Assembly (NCBI GenBank): GCA_002633005.1
Contig: NMRA01000540.1
Coordinates: 229,369-293,368, forward strand
Direction: 5' to 3'
Origin: Phoronis australis
Taxonomy: Eukaryota > Animalia > Phoronida
DNA length: 64,000 nucleotides
This document shows positions 37,384-49,646 of this stretch, one piece after another. Numbering within the stretch: position 1 is the stretch's first letter; each line of letters opens with the position of its first letter. A program made the translations under genes and the position numbers. The notes under the pieces were generated by a model. It ran no database searches. It had not been told where the DNA came from and saw only the letters and a program-made list of their open reading frames with translations.

Positions 37384-37989
37384 GATTGCAAGGGTGGAAT
37401 GATGGGTCATGAAAGAGACCGATCTAAGTGCACGTACCTGGCTGTTATGAGGAGCTTGCACATTTATTTTGCCGCTAGGATAGCTACTATAGGCTGGATC
37501 GTTCCTGTTGCTGTCCTCCGGTGTACCCATGTATTTGGCTGAAGGAAGAGCGGGTGTGCGTTCAGTAAGCTTGGACCTACGCTAGGACATAGCTAAAATC
37601 TAGCTAAAGTCATGTGTTCTAACTTAAAATACATAGCACCATTTCACGTAATCTCGCGAAGTCTTGCTTCTTAGCGAGGTCCTAGCGTTACTGAAAGGGA
37701 GGCGGGAGTCGAAACCGTTCGAAAGTTTATACCTTCCGTGGTCACGTTCATTAAAACACACATGCCAAATTTCAAAATGGCCCTGCAAGGGATCCAAAAG
37801 ATACAGCCGCGAAAGCAACACAAAATCATACTAAAAATTAATGCTCTACAGTAGTCGGAGCCGTCCAAAAATGATCACCAGATTGGATTGATTTGTCCGA
37901 TGGAGATGCTTACGCTAAAACGACTCGAAAACAGAACAAATGGCGAACTGGTAGAATCCAACCAAATAAAGGAGAGCTGCGTCGTCTCT

Positions 37990-38340
37990 ATAACAGGTGC
38001 CTATTTGCCAAATTTTATGAATATCCACAAACAGCTGTAAAGAAATAGATGCGTAAAAAATAAAATTGCCACCAGGTTATAAAACACTGGTAGTCGGATG
38101 GGTCCAAAAATCGACTACACCGTCCCATTTCTTATTGAGACATGTCTGCACTGAAATTATACGAACGTCCATCAAGGGGGTTTGGAGATACAGCAGCGAA
38201 TGTCGGACACAGGACGCCGAATGGACGCCATACGGATGGATGGACAGACAGACGGAGGTAAGAACGAAGATGACAGAATATTGGATCCATATATATGTGT
38301 TTACATCGATCCAGTTGTTTCGGCGTTTGCCACCGGAAGT
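37990..38340 (+). mobile_element. Possible Helentron-type non-autonomous element remnant
   Basis: ccaaattttatgaatatcc and ccatcaaggggtttggagat blocks followed by a GGAC/AGAC microsatellite (cggatggatggacagacagacgg), a layout I associate with such elements. Confidence 0.4.
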
Positions 38341-39354
38341 CTCTGCATGTATTTGTGTTTGATACTCTCACATTATGTAATTGTCACATAGGTAACGCTT
38401 TGTGTATCTCGCACACTTTTTGCATTTTACCACTCACTTCGAAAATGAAAGGTTTCGTGTCATTCGAAGATCCGGAATGTAGAGGTATCCTTTAGAAATA
38501 TGTGTTGTGTTTTTAGAGTCGATGGCGGCGATCGCTGAACTAAATACAATTTGTAGTTGAAGAGCGAATACTGACGAAAAAAATGAACTCGAGAAAGTTT
38601 GCAACAGGACGATAGACCTACATAAACGAACTTATATGTGAGTTCAAGAAAATGAACAGAATTACACACAGAATCGTTCAGTTTAGGACATAAAAATATA
38701 CAAAAGGTTCAACCAGCCTATAGCCGAAGCTGAGACGCATGCGCCTGAATGTGAAACACTTCTTTGAAAAAAGCGTTATTTGAATTCACACCCACGGGCC
38801 CAAATACGCGCATCAGTGCCGGATTAAGGTTATTCGAAGCCCCAAAAGTGGATAAAAGTTGCGGGACTCTAATCGCCATAATCTTCACCCCTGTGGCCAC
38901 AATCTTCCCACGCCGCCACAACATTCACGCAGCTAGTTGCCTCTGCCTATGGTCGCTCCGCAGTTTTTACCCGCTCCGTTGCTGTTTTCGAGCTACCGGG
39001 TCGCCACGATGTTCGTCCTTATAGCCCACCAACAAAAGCCGATTGTGGCCCTTGTAGCGAAGAATAAATCGGTTTTATTACAATTGTAACAAAACGTGAG
39101 GGCACTGTCATTAAACTGGGCCCCTTTTTGAGGCCTGATTTGGTGAATTTTGAAACATATAGTTCTGTTGCAACAAATTGATGACAAGTTTCGCGAGTCT
39201 TGAATGATCACAAAGGCAAACGAATTGAAGGGTGCTTGCTATAGCTTGCTTAGCTTTTGAAGTGACAGCAAAATAGCGTATTATAGAATTATATTGTGAT
39301 GCTTAGCTCAATTTTCTTGTCAACACAACGAAAAGTCTCTCTTCTAATACCATT

Positions 39355-39704
39355 CACGGTGTCCTTCTCCAGCGAGATCGCAACAAATTCGTGGTCAAAG
39401 CACAAAAATGTTCCAAAAAAGCCCACGCATCAGTCCTCCTTTGACGGTTCGAGGTAAAGGACGGTACGGCAATTGCCGATTTGTCACGGAGTGTCACGAC
39501 ATGGATAACTCCACCCAAAGCCAGATCGTTCATAACCTTCTGTGATGAACCGGTAATATTGCCGTACATCCGTAACTCATCGGATAATTCCGTACCTTCC
39601 TTGACCTCGAATCTTTGAAGGAGTTCCGATGCGTGGGCTTTTTGGGAACATTTTTGTGTTTTGACCGCAAATTTGTTGCGATCTCACCGGAACAGGACAC
39701 CCTG
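39355..39704. mobile_element. Fold-back MITE with ~125-bp TIRs (CA(C/G)GGTGTCC termini, Tc1/mariner-like)
   Basis: gagatcgcaacaaatt...cacaaaaatgttcc.aaaaagcccacgcatc...ttcgaggt.aagga.ggtacgg occurs on + at 39373-39470 and on - at 39588-39686. Confidence 0.85.
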
Positions 39705-40548
39705 AATTGTGTTACAAGAAAGAACAATTACTAATGGTTTGTTGGAAACCTGTTTTTTTTTGTAAATTTATTGAGTTTTGTGTTTGATATGGAAGGCTGA
39801 AGTGAAGCACCAGTGGAATTCCTTGTCTCGAGTGTCATACCTTGTAGTATTATATATAGTGTATTGGGGACGATCAGAAGCTGAGGACGCTTGTGGCCTT
39901 GTCATGTTATTACACTTCACAAGTTTGTAACCTAAATTTGACTAGTGTACATCTACATTGTCTTACACATTAAACATACCGTGTACATGTACATGTAATG
40001 TGTATACCTTAAAAAACGATCAACTCGTTTTTTAAAGAAATGTTTGGCCCTATGTAAGGGTCGTTGTGGCAGGTGCTGGCGTAGTTGGTCGTCAAGTCCG
40101 TTTCACAATACACCTTAGCAGGTTAGGCCTATACAGGGAATGAACCCGGTGGGCACTTGCACTGACAAGGTGACCACATTCGCGAACAGTGTACAGCACC
40201 AGAAATTGCTGATAGATCGTACTTTCTCAGCCTTGCAGGACTAGCGCGGTGTTCAATAGACCTTTCAAGGATCTTTGGTTCTGATTTCAGCACTGACCGT
40301 CATCTTACCCGCACTAAGCATCACTGCCGTCTTCTATACCGGAAATATCCGCAGAAAGGCCCATCCCATGCCCATGGGTGTTCATTTGTTGTTACAACTT
40401 CGGGTTTCATTTGTTCAAACAGTGGGACGTTTATTCGAAAAATTGTAAAGAGAAGAAAATTGGTCCTCGGATACATTGCCTTTGACAAAAGCTCAAGGTT
40501 TGAAGCAGTACATGATGATCGGGTCAAATGTAGTTACGCTTGTAACTT

Positions 40549-41776
40549 TTGGATGGACTTGAACACCTCAAGGGGCTTAGTGCCAAGCTGCCAAACAAGA
40601 TGTTGGCATTGTAGAGGCTTACAAGCTCATTGACACAGTAGCTGACGACGTGCAGGCATTAAGTGCAAACACCGAAGATCTATGTCTGGGTTGAATGGTT
40701 CCAAGACGCGCAAACCATAGCTGAGAATATGGGATCCGGCATCCAGATTCCCCGGCAGTCCAGACGCTAGGGCCCAGTTACGTAAAAGTTATAAGCTGCA
40801 TAGCAACAATGACGTCGCATTATCACTCGCCAGGTTGTTATTGTTAAACAATGCATCTGGCGTCATGCAACAATCAAACTTATCCAGCTGACAATTTTGA
40901 AGTTTTATACAACCAGCCCACAAGCATAGAGCTAATGTTCGTGAACAAACACTCAGGTTACAAATTATAATTCTACACGTTTTTACATCATGTCAGTATT
41001 CTGACTTACTTCATTTTTTGTTGCTTGTGTACAATGAAAATGAAATAGAAATTATCTTCGGACATGCCAAGTTTACCCAGTAAAGCACAGTGTCTACGAG
41101 CGTACAGAACCTAATTCTAGTTTTTATTCCCACTTTTCTCTTTAATTACCTGCTTTATAACCAAAATGTATGTCCCGTAGTACGTAGTTTACTTTGTTGT
41201 CAATACTAAGTCTTGATTCTTCCAGTGAGTGCTACAGCAGAATAGTGGAAATATCTTTCCTAGACAATCTCTCACAGCAGTTGATCGACGGGTTTTCGAA
41301 AGACAGCAGACAAGTGGAAGGTGTCATTTCTTAATCCATTAGCAGGATGAGGTTAACTGGAGGATCGGGTGCATTTCTGAGACATAGACTTGCCATTACC
41401 AGATTCCCTGACGGTGACTGACTCCCTTCTGACAATCGACATTTTGAGTAGCACGTTGTGTATTCTGTTAAATTGTCGATTACTCTGTGTAATAGTAGAT
41501 TAAAACGTAAAAAATTAATATCTTTTGCTCTCATTTCCTTCTAGAATGCTGAATGTCGAGAGTAATTGCCAAGTAACTTGCGTTGCATACTCAAGCACGC
41601 AGACGGCGACAACTTCCCAAACGCCATGGAGCTGACGTTGATAAGATGTGTATCCCCTATTGAATCCTGTGAGGCAGAGAGATAACTGTTGTGTGCTCAA
41701 GCGTGTGAAGACACATTTGGGGGTTACTACTTTATGTCTAAGGAAAGGGTTGCAGGGTTATCACTGATGGACATGA
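40549..41776 (+). mobile_element. Decayed hAT transposase (THAP12/PRKRIR-like group), including the C-terminal dimerisation domain
   Basis: LEHLKGLSAKL...IVEAYKLIDTV...WFQDAQTIAENMG...IPRQSRR (40549-40768) and DNFPNAMELTLIRCVSPIESCEAER...LKRVKTHL...MSKERVAGLSLM (41580-41776), with stops and frameshifts. Confidence 0.8.
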
Positions 41777-42176
41777 TGTTCGAATCAACGGAAACACAAG
41801 GCACGTCACTGGTCGCGCTTTCTCCAGACTTCTGCAAAAGTATCTTGTTTGGCTGAGTGCGCTTTTGGTCAATGAGTAGCACCAAGATGCATAAAATAGA
41901 TGTGTGAGCAACCACTGGGGATCAAGTAGTGTCTAGGAAGCAATTTTTATTTCAGATATTTTGCATAGTGTACTTTTAATCTCACACCGGACGAGGCCAA
42001 GTTATTTGTGTAGCTACTGACTCTCAGTGTACTTCTGGTCTCTCGGCGAGCTGATGTAGTATATCTTGTCACCACGGTGTATCTTTTGTTTCCGTGAAAA
42101 CGTTTTCAGATGATACGTTTTTCAATTGTTGCAACATAGGCTAGTCCAACAATCAACGTGTATCGACTTAATAAAA

Positions 42177-42321
42177 ATAGGTGAATAAAACAACAAGAAT
42201 GGATCAACTGAAATTTTCGGATTTAATAACGTTCTTTGTCAACGGAAACAGAAATAAAGTAAAGGACGTTATTACATCCGAAAATTTCAGTTGATCCATT
42301 CTTGTTGTTTTATTTACCTAT
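42177..42321. repeat. Near-perfect inverted repeat with ~62-bp arms and ~22-nt spacer (fold-back MITE-like)
   Basis: ataggtgaataaaacaacaagaatggatcaactgaaattttcggatttaataacgttcttt versus its reverse complement at 42261-42321, 3 mismatches by eye. Confidence 0.9.
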
Positions 42322-45173
42322 CTATATCCTACATTTCGTGAAACAATAGTGTCCTTGGGAGGATCTAGATCGCCTTATTTAGTTTCAGATTTATTTTCTA
42401 CGTGACTTAATAAAGTGATTCTTTGATTCTTAAGTGTTTATTGTCGCTTTTAATAATAGACTATGCGCTGAGATCACCGTCGTTTGTCAGTTTTTCTCGT
42501 AACGAAAGAGAATATATGTTCATTTCCGGTCATAACAGTGCCGGTATTCGTTCTTAAACAAGTAAAAGCTGCTGTCACGTGATCGCCTAATAATCAAGTG
42601 TTGGGTTGTTACGTACCCGTCGGTGCTCCTTATTCTCTTGAACATTTGCTAGTTGTCTAAACTACTGTTCATGTTCGGCGCAGCACTGAAATAAGTGAGG
42701 GGCCGTACATATACATGTAACCTCTTAGCCCCCTATGGTGTGGCACCCATGTTTATACTACACTTTTTCGTATACGACTTTTCGTATGCAAAATAGTGTG
42801 CTTATACAGATGCTCCAATTGGTGGCGTGACTCATACGCAAATGTGTTGAATGATGTTTAGGTAAATTACCGAACTTATGAGCCGAGATTACGCAACGAA
42901 ATCGAGAAGGGTTTCGAATCATCTTGAAAATTCTGATACGCATTGACTGCCACAAACTCGAATGGGTGCATGGAATTTGCACTATTCGGCTACAAAAACA
43001 AAAAAATTCTTCTCCCCTGAAAGACCCTCGCCACTCTGCGGTACGTGCCTCTGATTAGCGCGAATACTGAAACTCCTCTTACTGGAAACATAGATTCACC
43101 ACTGATCACAGATTGTGTATGATACGCAATAAACCAGCAATTTATATCGAAGACATGCATTCTGGAAATTTTCCTTATTTTCCACCAATTATAAAGGCAT
43201 TTATCAGTCGAAACTTAAATAAATATGCATGACAGCAGCAGTCGCGACTTCATTTTGGGTGTCTTACTGCAGCCACTGAGGCTAATCATAAAAGCCCACA
43301 GCCTAAAGATCATCTAAAAAGTAAGGATGTCTTCTGTTTTCTCTTCTGATATTTAAAAATTGAGAAAATTAACGTATTTCATACACATTCGGAAAGTCTG
43401 CCGATTACGATACAACGTAAGAGTTTTTATCCTACGGTGAGAGGACACAGAACAAGAAAGTCCGAATTAAATGGATGGTTTTAATAGTGATTCACTGTTC
43501 CAAAAATGTGATTTTACTGATCAATGGTACAGCAGAGTTCACTCCTAATAACGACCTAACTTGGAAACCACGAAATTTACTTCTAGATGTCCACGGCTAT
43601 GCTCACAAACTTATCTCGAAGTTTCATTAAAGGAAATGAAGTGTCAATTGATATTGACTTGACCGGTTGGCACACCCCGCCAAAAATGATAAGTTTTTGA
43701 AAATCATTGTATTTGTTGATGGATTGGATGACGTGTTCAGAGATGGGAATAATTTTATCATGGTGTGCATGTATTGGAGACGACATCGTCATCGTGTTGT
43801 GTTTTTGAATGTCGTTGCAGTAATTGCAACTTCATGAAAAAAATGAACGAAATTTTGAAATGGCGTTACCGCATTGTGACTCCAAAATATGTCCAAATCA
43901 TAAAATAAGCCATGCTTTTGAACATATCTTAAATTGTCAGGAATTTCTTATAGAACACTACATGCATGAATTATGCCCATGTTCTCAATTTCCTGGAAAT
44001 TAGGTGCGCATGACTGTTATAGCTGGTTAACTTCCTTTCTTTGATTAGTTTAGTTATTGACGACAATTTAAAAAAATCACACTCGAAAACTAAGTACACG
44101 ATCTTTCTTGTACATTAGGACTCGCTAACCGTAAAGTTCAGATTACAGAACACACACGCGCGCGCACACATTCACAAACACGTTACATGTATCTGATGTC
44201 ACGATACCATTACGGGAGTCTGTTAATAACAAGTTTTCTCCAAAATTGCCGTCATTTCTCCAGGTTTTTTTCACCTCGAAAAAGTACAATTCGTTGTACT
44301 ACATTTGCAGCAAGTGTACGTGCATTAAGAGACGGGGACGCCCATATCCATTTAACTGACTATAACTGCGGATGCAACCTACTGGGGACATACACACAAA
44401 CACGAACGAGTGTATGTCGCCATTTGGCTCGGTCAAACGGGTCGTGTGCATATAAATGAGTCGTTACCACTCGACCGGGGGCTATATTCGTGGGCGTGTA
44501 TATAGGGATGCTAAGTCCAGTGCTTAAGTGAGGCGTAGGCGCATGTAGGCGCAGCCAACCACCATTTGGCATTTGAACGTAGTGCATACGCACCGTAAAT
44601 AACGTTCAGTGGTCAAGGTGATGCGGTGGGCTCTGGGCACCTACTTACCTCTAATTTTACCACAACAGCACTGCTTATGTCCCCACTTGGCACTGTCGAC
44701 AAACTAGAACACCACACTGATACAAACAAGCACACACAAGCGAACATACCCACTGAAAGAATACATCTAGTTTAAATTTTTAGATGGTTTTCACAGACAG
44801 TTTTATTCAGGCTTTTTGAATAGCACACTGCACCTTGCTATAAAATGAATCACTCAATGTCCAGCAAAGTATAATCTGACGTGGATACTCCCGTAGAAGA
44901 TGGGTTTTCATGGCCAAAATACGGGTACATAAACATACTGCTTCGGTTTAATGCCCAAATCATATGTAAAAGTAATCAGTAACACGAAAATATGACCCAT
45001 GTTAATGCCCGATTTTCTAATAAAATGTTCTTTTCACAAAAAATGCAAAAACATCTTCCCATATCGTATACCAAAATTGCTAAAAGCGACACGGCATATT
45101 GGCGACACATCGGCACGAAACCCTACAGCGAGAGAACTCAGCGCAGGGCTTGAGGCACACTTTTGTTGTCGAC

Positions 45174-45320
45174 TTAGCGCATCATCACGTGGGTGGCAGC
45201 GAACCCTGGCGCTGGTTGAACAAATCCGGGATTCTTTGTCTTGTCGATCTCACGTGACAGTTGACACAGGGCGAATGGGCAACAGAACAAAGCGGTGCAA
45301 CAATCGTTTATGATAGATCC
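45174..45320 (-). CDS. PLAC8: PLAC8/cornifelin-family protein, last exon: GSIINDCCTALFCCPFALCQLSREIDKTKNPGFVQPAPGFAATHVMMR*
   Basis: Acceptor tgtacttttag, phase 0; GSIxxDC...CxxxCQxxRE motif of the PLAC8 family; stop TAA. The symbol denotes the family, not orthology. Confidence 0.92.
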   Translation of the reverse strand, partial: GSIINDCCTALFCCPFALCQLSREIDKTKNPGFVQPAPGFAATHVMMR

Positions 45321-46092
45321 CTAAAAGTACACAGACATGTTGTTTATCGAAAGACACGAGTTTGACATAGTAATCAACCACCTTCGAGATGTCCACTTAC
45401 AATCAAATGACTTTTTATCATTTTCTTGCCAGCATAAAACATTTTCTCACTAAATGAAAAATCCGAGCGATGCCGTAAGGTTATGTGAAACCTAATCAAC
45501 AAGTTTGCATATTTAGACAAATAAGTACAAAACTATAAAATTTAACTCATCAAAAGTCATTAATGTCTGAAAGTAGAAAGCCCGGAAAACCTTGATTTTT
45601 TGCTTCTTGCCAATCTCCCATTGATTTGACCACTTGACCACCTGGATGTCTTTTTACTTAAACTTCGAGTAAAAGGTAAAGTACAATGATAACAACCCAA
45701 CCGTATCAATGTTAGAATGTTGTATTTTGAAAAAAGCACTTGTAGATAATCGATATCAAACTAATATTTGATGGCCGAATGTGTAAATCGCGAATGTAAC
45801 GACACAACAGAGCAACCTGCAGATTTTTAATTATAGTACTAGAAATAGTAATGCCCCCGATGTAGGATGCTCCACATTTGAAGCACGAAATTGACTTTCT
45901 TGCCTATGTAATTTAAAAAAGTTAGACCATTTAAAACAATGAGCTGTTGATGGCTAAATGTTATAAAAACAAATTCCTTTGAAATTTTATTCCACTACGA
46001 GCTGATATCTATTGTTTTGAATTGACTGTGAGGTAATAATATCAATCCACCAGCCTTCATTGTCGTCGGTATGAGACACAAGAAGTTAATTA

Positions 46093-46694
46093 GGGATTGT
46101 TCTAAAACCCCCTCGATCCTTACACCCCACGACCCCCTCGTCCCACGACCCCCTCGACCCTGGATCACCTCGACCAAGGCTACACAAGCTTGACTCGCTC
46201 TCAACATACTGTAGAACAAGCGCTGACTTGCAGGACCAACAAGTCAGTGTAATCGCTCTTCTCGTCTGCTCTCCAGTGATTGGAAGATTCAAACTTTTTG
46301 GGAGAGTATGATGAACAGACGAAAATGTAATTTCTTCAGCAAATACATATACAGTTTGAAAAAACAAAGTGTTAACTAAAAAGTATTATATGGAGTATAT
46401 TGTAAACGAGTACACGACAGAAGGCAAATAACAAATATCTAAAATAATGTCCACATTCAAGTTCAGTAGAACAGGGCCATTAGTAATCGCTCGTGGTACT
46501 ACTTCTGTGACAACGACAGTACGCTCACAATCCGCTATTTCTGATCATGTTTTCACGCCAGTTTCTGTTTTTAATCACATGACTTGAGACAGAGCAGATT
46601 CGCGTGTAGGTATGTCTTATGGGAAAGTCATTCAGCTGGTCGTGGTTCGCGGGGGTCGTTGGGTGTGGGGTGGATGGGGTTTTAGAACAATCCC
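46093..46694. mobile_element. PIF/Harbinger-type MITE in the last intron of the PLAC8-family gene
   Basis: TIR gggattgttctaaaacccc / ggggttttagaacaatccc; TTA target duplication at 46090-46092 and 46695-46697. Confidence 0.85.
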
Positions 46695-47194
46695 TTAATT
46701 AGTTGTCAAACTGCTACTCTGAAACTAAATAAAGTTGTGTAAAATCGTGGGTTTGAGGGACCAAAATGTCGAAAAATTACGAACGATTATGACAGCTGTT
46801 GACCTACTATGCCGTGCACTACCGAACTCGGTCTCCAAACGTCCCAAATTGTTGAAAAGTACAGTGTACCTTGGTGTGATAGTCAAACGATGTAATATGC
46901 AAGTCGCACGGCATTGTTTAACTTGCGAGAACCATGCGACGGGCGTAAAGTGGTCTCATGGTTATCGCTTATCGGTGATATCATTATTTTCTGGTGTGTC
47001 TTTGTTGGAGAAAAGACTATATGTCGTATGGATATCGTATCTTCGGCGTACATTAAACGGTTGCCGATAAATGCTTGCCATTTTTTACTATCACAACGGG
47101 AACAATGGAGACGCTAATCTAAAAATATCTATGGGACAACCTTGCGACCTGATTTTCCTCCCTTGAAGGAGAATCGGTGACGGTTGTAACTTAC

Positions 47195-47334
47195 CCTGAT
47201 ACCGTGCTTCCCTCTGAAGTGCGCGCGCATGGTTGCGAGCGATTCGATAACACAGCACGGCAGACAACAGCTCTCGTCCATCTTAGACGCCAAGTACATC
47301 TCGAAACAAAACGGAAAACAGCAAACACAGAGAC
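47195..47334 (-). CDS. PLAC8: PLAC8-family exon: CLCVCCFPFCFEMYLASKMDESCCLPCCVIESLATMRAHFRGKHGIR
   Basis: Acceptor cattttccag, donor AGG|GTAAG; Cys-rich core with the MRxxxRxKHGI motif. Confidence 0.92.
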
Positions 47335-48385
47335 CTGGAAAATGGCACCGTGGACATGCTCAACACAAAAGAAAATTGTCGCCAGTTTACTGATATGCAA
47401 TGCTCAATGTCTAATATCTATGCTCGAAACTTGACTCAAACATAAACCTATGTTGTATGGCAGGCTTCGACTTCGTAGTACACTTTCAAGCTTGTAACGA
47501 GGGGGGGGGGGTAAAATAGTTACATTTCATGCATTTCACTTCTCTTACATTCACATAACATTCCTTTGTTCTTATTTTTCATTTCTAGAGGTCTGCCACT
47601 AAAATACCCCATTTTCGGTTTAATATTTACTTAATTGCATCAACAGTTACGTCATGGCCACTTTGAATGTAATGAAATGGAACACGATCGTTTGGCTGCA
47701 CATTATAAACTTTCTAGCAATCCCATTTACAAATTCTATAAATTGGCAATTCATGGGCCTTTTGAGCCTTTAGGGATGCTGTGGCTTCTATACACTAAAT
47801 CTTAAAATGTGTTCTTTTTATTGCAAAATTCGTGACATTTAAATCTCTTATCTGGGAAGCATTTTCCACTATACAATTCGCTTTATTAACTTGTTTTTAG
47901 TAGGAATGAAACGGAATGATTGTATGTACTTTATCGTATTGTTTCCTGTCTTATCTCTTGTTTATAAGGAAGATTATTAAGTCTCAAGTTTTACATTCAG
48001 CAAATTACAAGCTTTTTGCATTTTTATTGATATTTATTCTCAATTCAGTATCATTTTGTTTGTACAGAAGCGCAAATTCAAAAATACGTTTTAAGTTAGT
48101 TTTAAAAGTTTCCATTTTTATGTTTATTTTGAACAACTCCATAACAAATTTTGAAAGAACATTTTTAAGAACAAATATCGATGGTTTTCAATGAAACTTG
48201 TTTTATGAAGTTATCAACTAAAAGGAGGAGGAAGTAATAGTTACACATAAAGTCACGCGATTGAGGGAAAATTTCGTTTTTACGTCACGGACATGTGATT
48301 AAATAGACTTGAGTACTTTGTACAGCCTATTTACAAGGGAATCAACAATAACCTCTTTGTCAACGTGGAGTATTTCTAAACTTAC

Positions 48386-48536
48386 AACTACTGACGTCAT
48401 CACAGCAAGCACATAGTCCGCTCGACCAATCGCGTTGACCTTTTCCAAAGGCAGCTGGCACAGTTGGCTGTTGAACAAAAACCGCGTTGGTTGGAACAGT
48501 TGGCTGCTGGACAATAACCGGGTTGGCGATCTGAGG
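48386..48536 (-). CDS. PLAC8: PLAC8-family exon: PQIANPVIVQQPTVPTNAVFVQQPTVPAAFGKGQRDWSSGLCACCDDVSS
   Basis: Acceptor gtgtttttag, donor T|GTAAG (phase 1); RDWSSGLCxCCDD is the start of the PLAC8 domain. Confidence 0.92.
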
Positions 48537-49646
48537 CTAAAAACACAGTAAATAAATATTTTTATGACGTACACTTTATACCAGCTGTCATAAGTAGGGT
48601 ACATTTAGGTGCAATATTGTTGTCGTTAGAAGCGCCATTGAAATTTCAAAGCTACAGCGCAAAACATGAAAATCATAAGAGTACGTGCGTCCCCGCCCTC
48701 ATCTTACTGCAAAATTACATTTTGATAGACAATACAATGAGTCCAAGATTCCTACAAGACTGGAAATGTGCAACATTTATAGTGGATTTCAACACGGAAC
48801 ACAGGAACCAAACTGTAAATCCGACCACTTACTGCTTGCAAATTGGTCGTGATTGTTTCCTTAGTGAAAGTAGATGACAGAGTAACTTACAACTTTAGAA
48901 AAATGGCAACTCTTGAAGTGATTGGTCGCATGGTTTAGAATGATAAAAACTCACTGTTTCATTTTCATCTTTCATAAGTCAATATTTTCCCCAAGTGCAA
49001 ACTTGTTGTTGTGGGTCTACGCAACTCAGTCTTGGTAACAGGTTCAGTGAGCTTATTGTTTATAATGTAAATGTTTATTACGAAAAATGCAATGTGCATA
49101 TCTACGATAGCTATGGTGAAAGAGGCCTAACTGAATGTGGGTGTGTCGGAAGTATCCATGATGTGAACAAGTCAAGCTGAAATGAAAGCCAACAAAATGA
49201 CGCAGACATGTAACTGACGTGCGTTACGTGGGCGTAAGAGCCTCGAAAAAAACGCAAATCACGCGAGATTTTGTGAGTTGTCTTTATTAAAGCCACACAC
49301 TACACTAGTACCATGGCAGAGACTACACGACTCCGATTCTGGCACATTAGGCATCAAGATGATGCCGAATAACTAAGTAACGAAAATTGGTCTTCTCATA
49401 GTCATCCCTTTTCAGAACTATCATCTTTTACTTTTAATTCAAGATGATTCTTGATGGGTAACAGCAGCATACATGTATTTGTAATCTGAATAATGGCGTA
49501 TACTGAGCTGCTGTTAGTTCGTAGTAAATGCACAGCACGAATGCAATTTATCAGGCTAGACAACTCACAAGAATTTCCAGGAAATTCATGAGCTTAGTTT
49601 TATCCCACACAAGTGAAAATACGGGAATACGTCACGTTATTAAAAG

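Noticed and set aside
37327-37530. Minus-strand peptide HNSQVRALRSVS resembling a tyrosine-recombinase motif
   Set aside because: No other catalytic motifs nearby, and the overlapping plus strand has better support through homology with 7664-7960.
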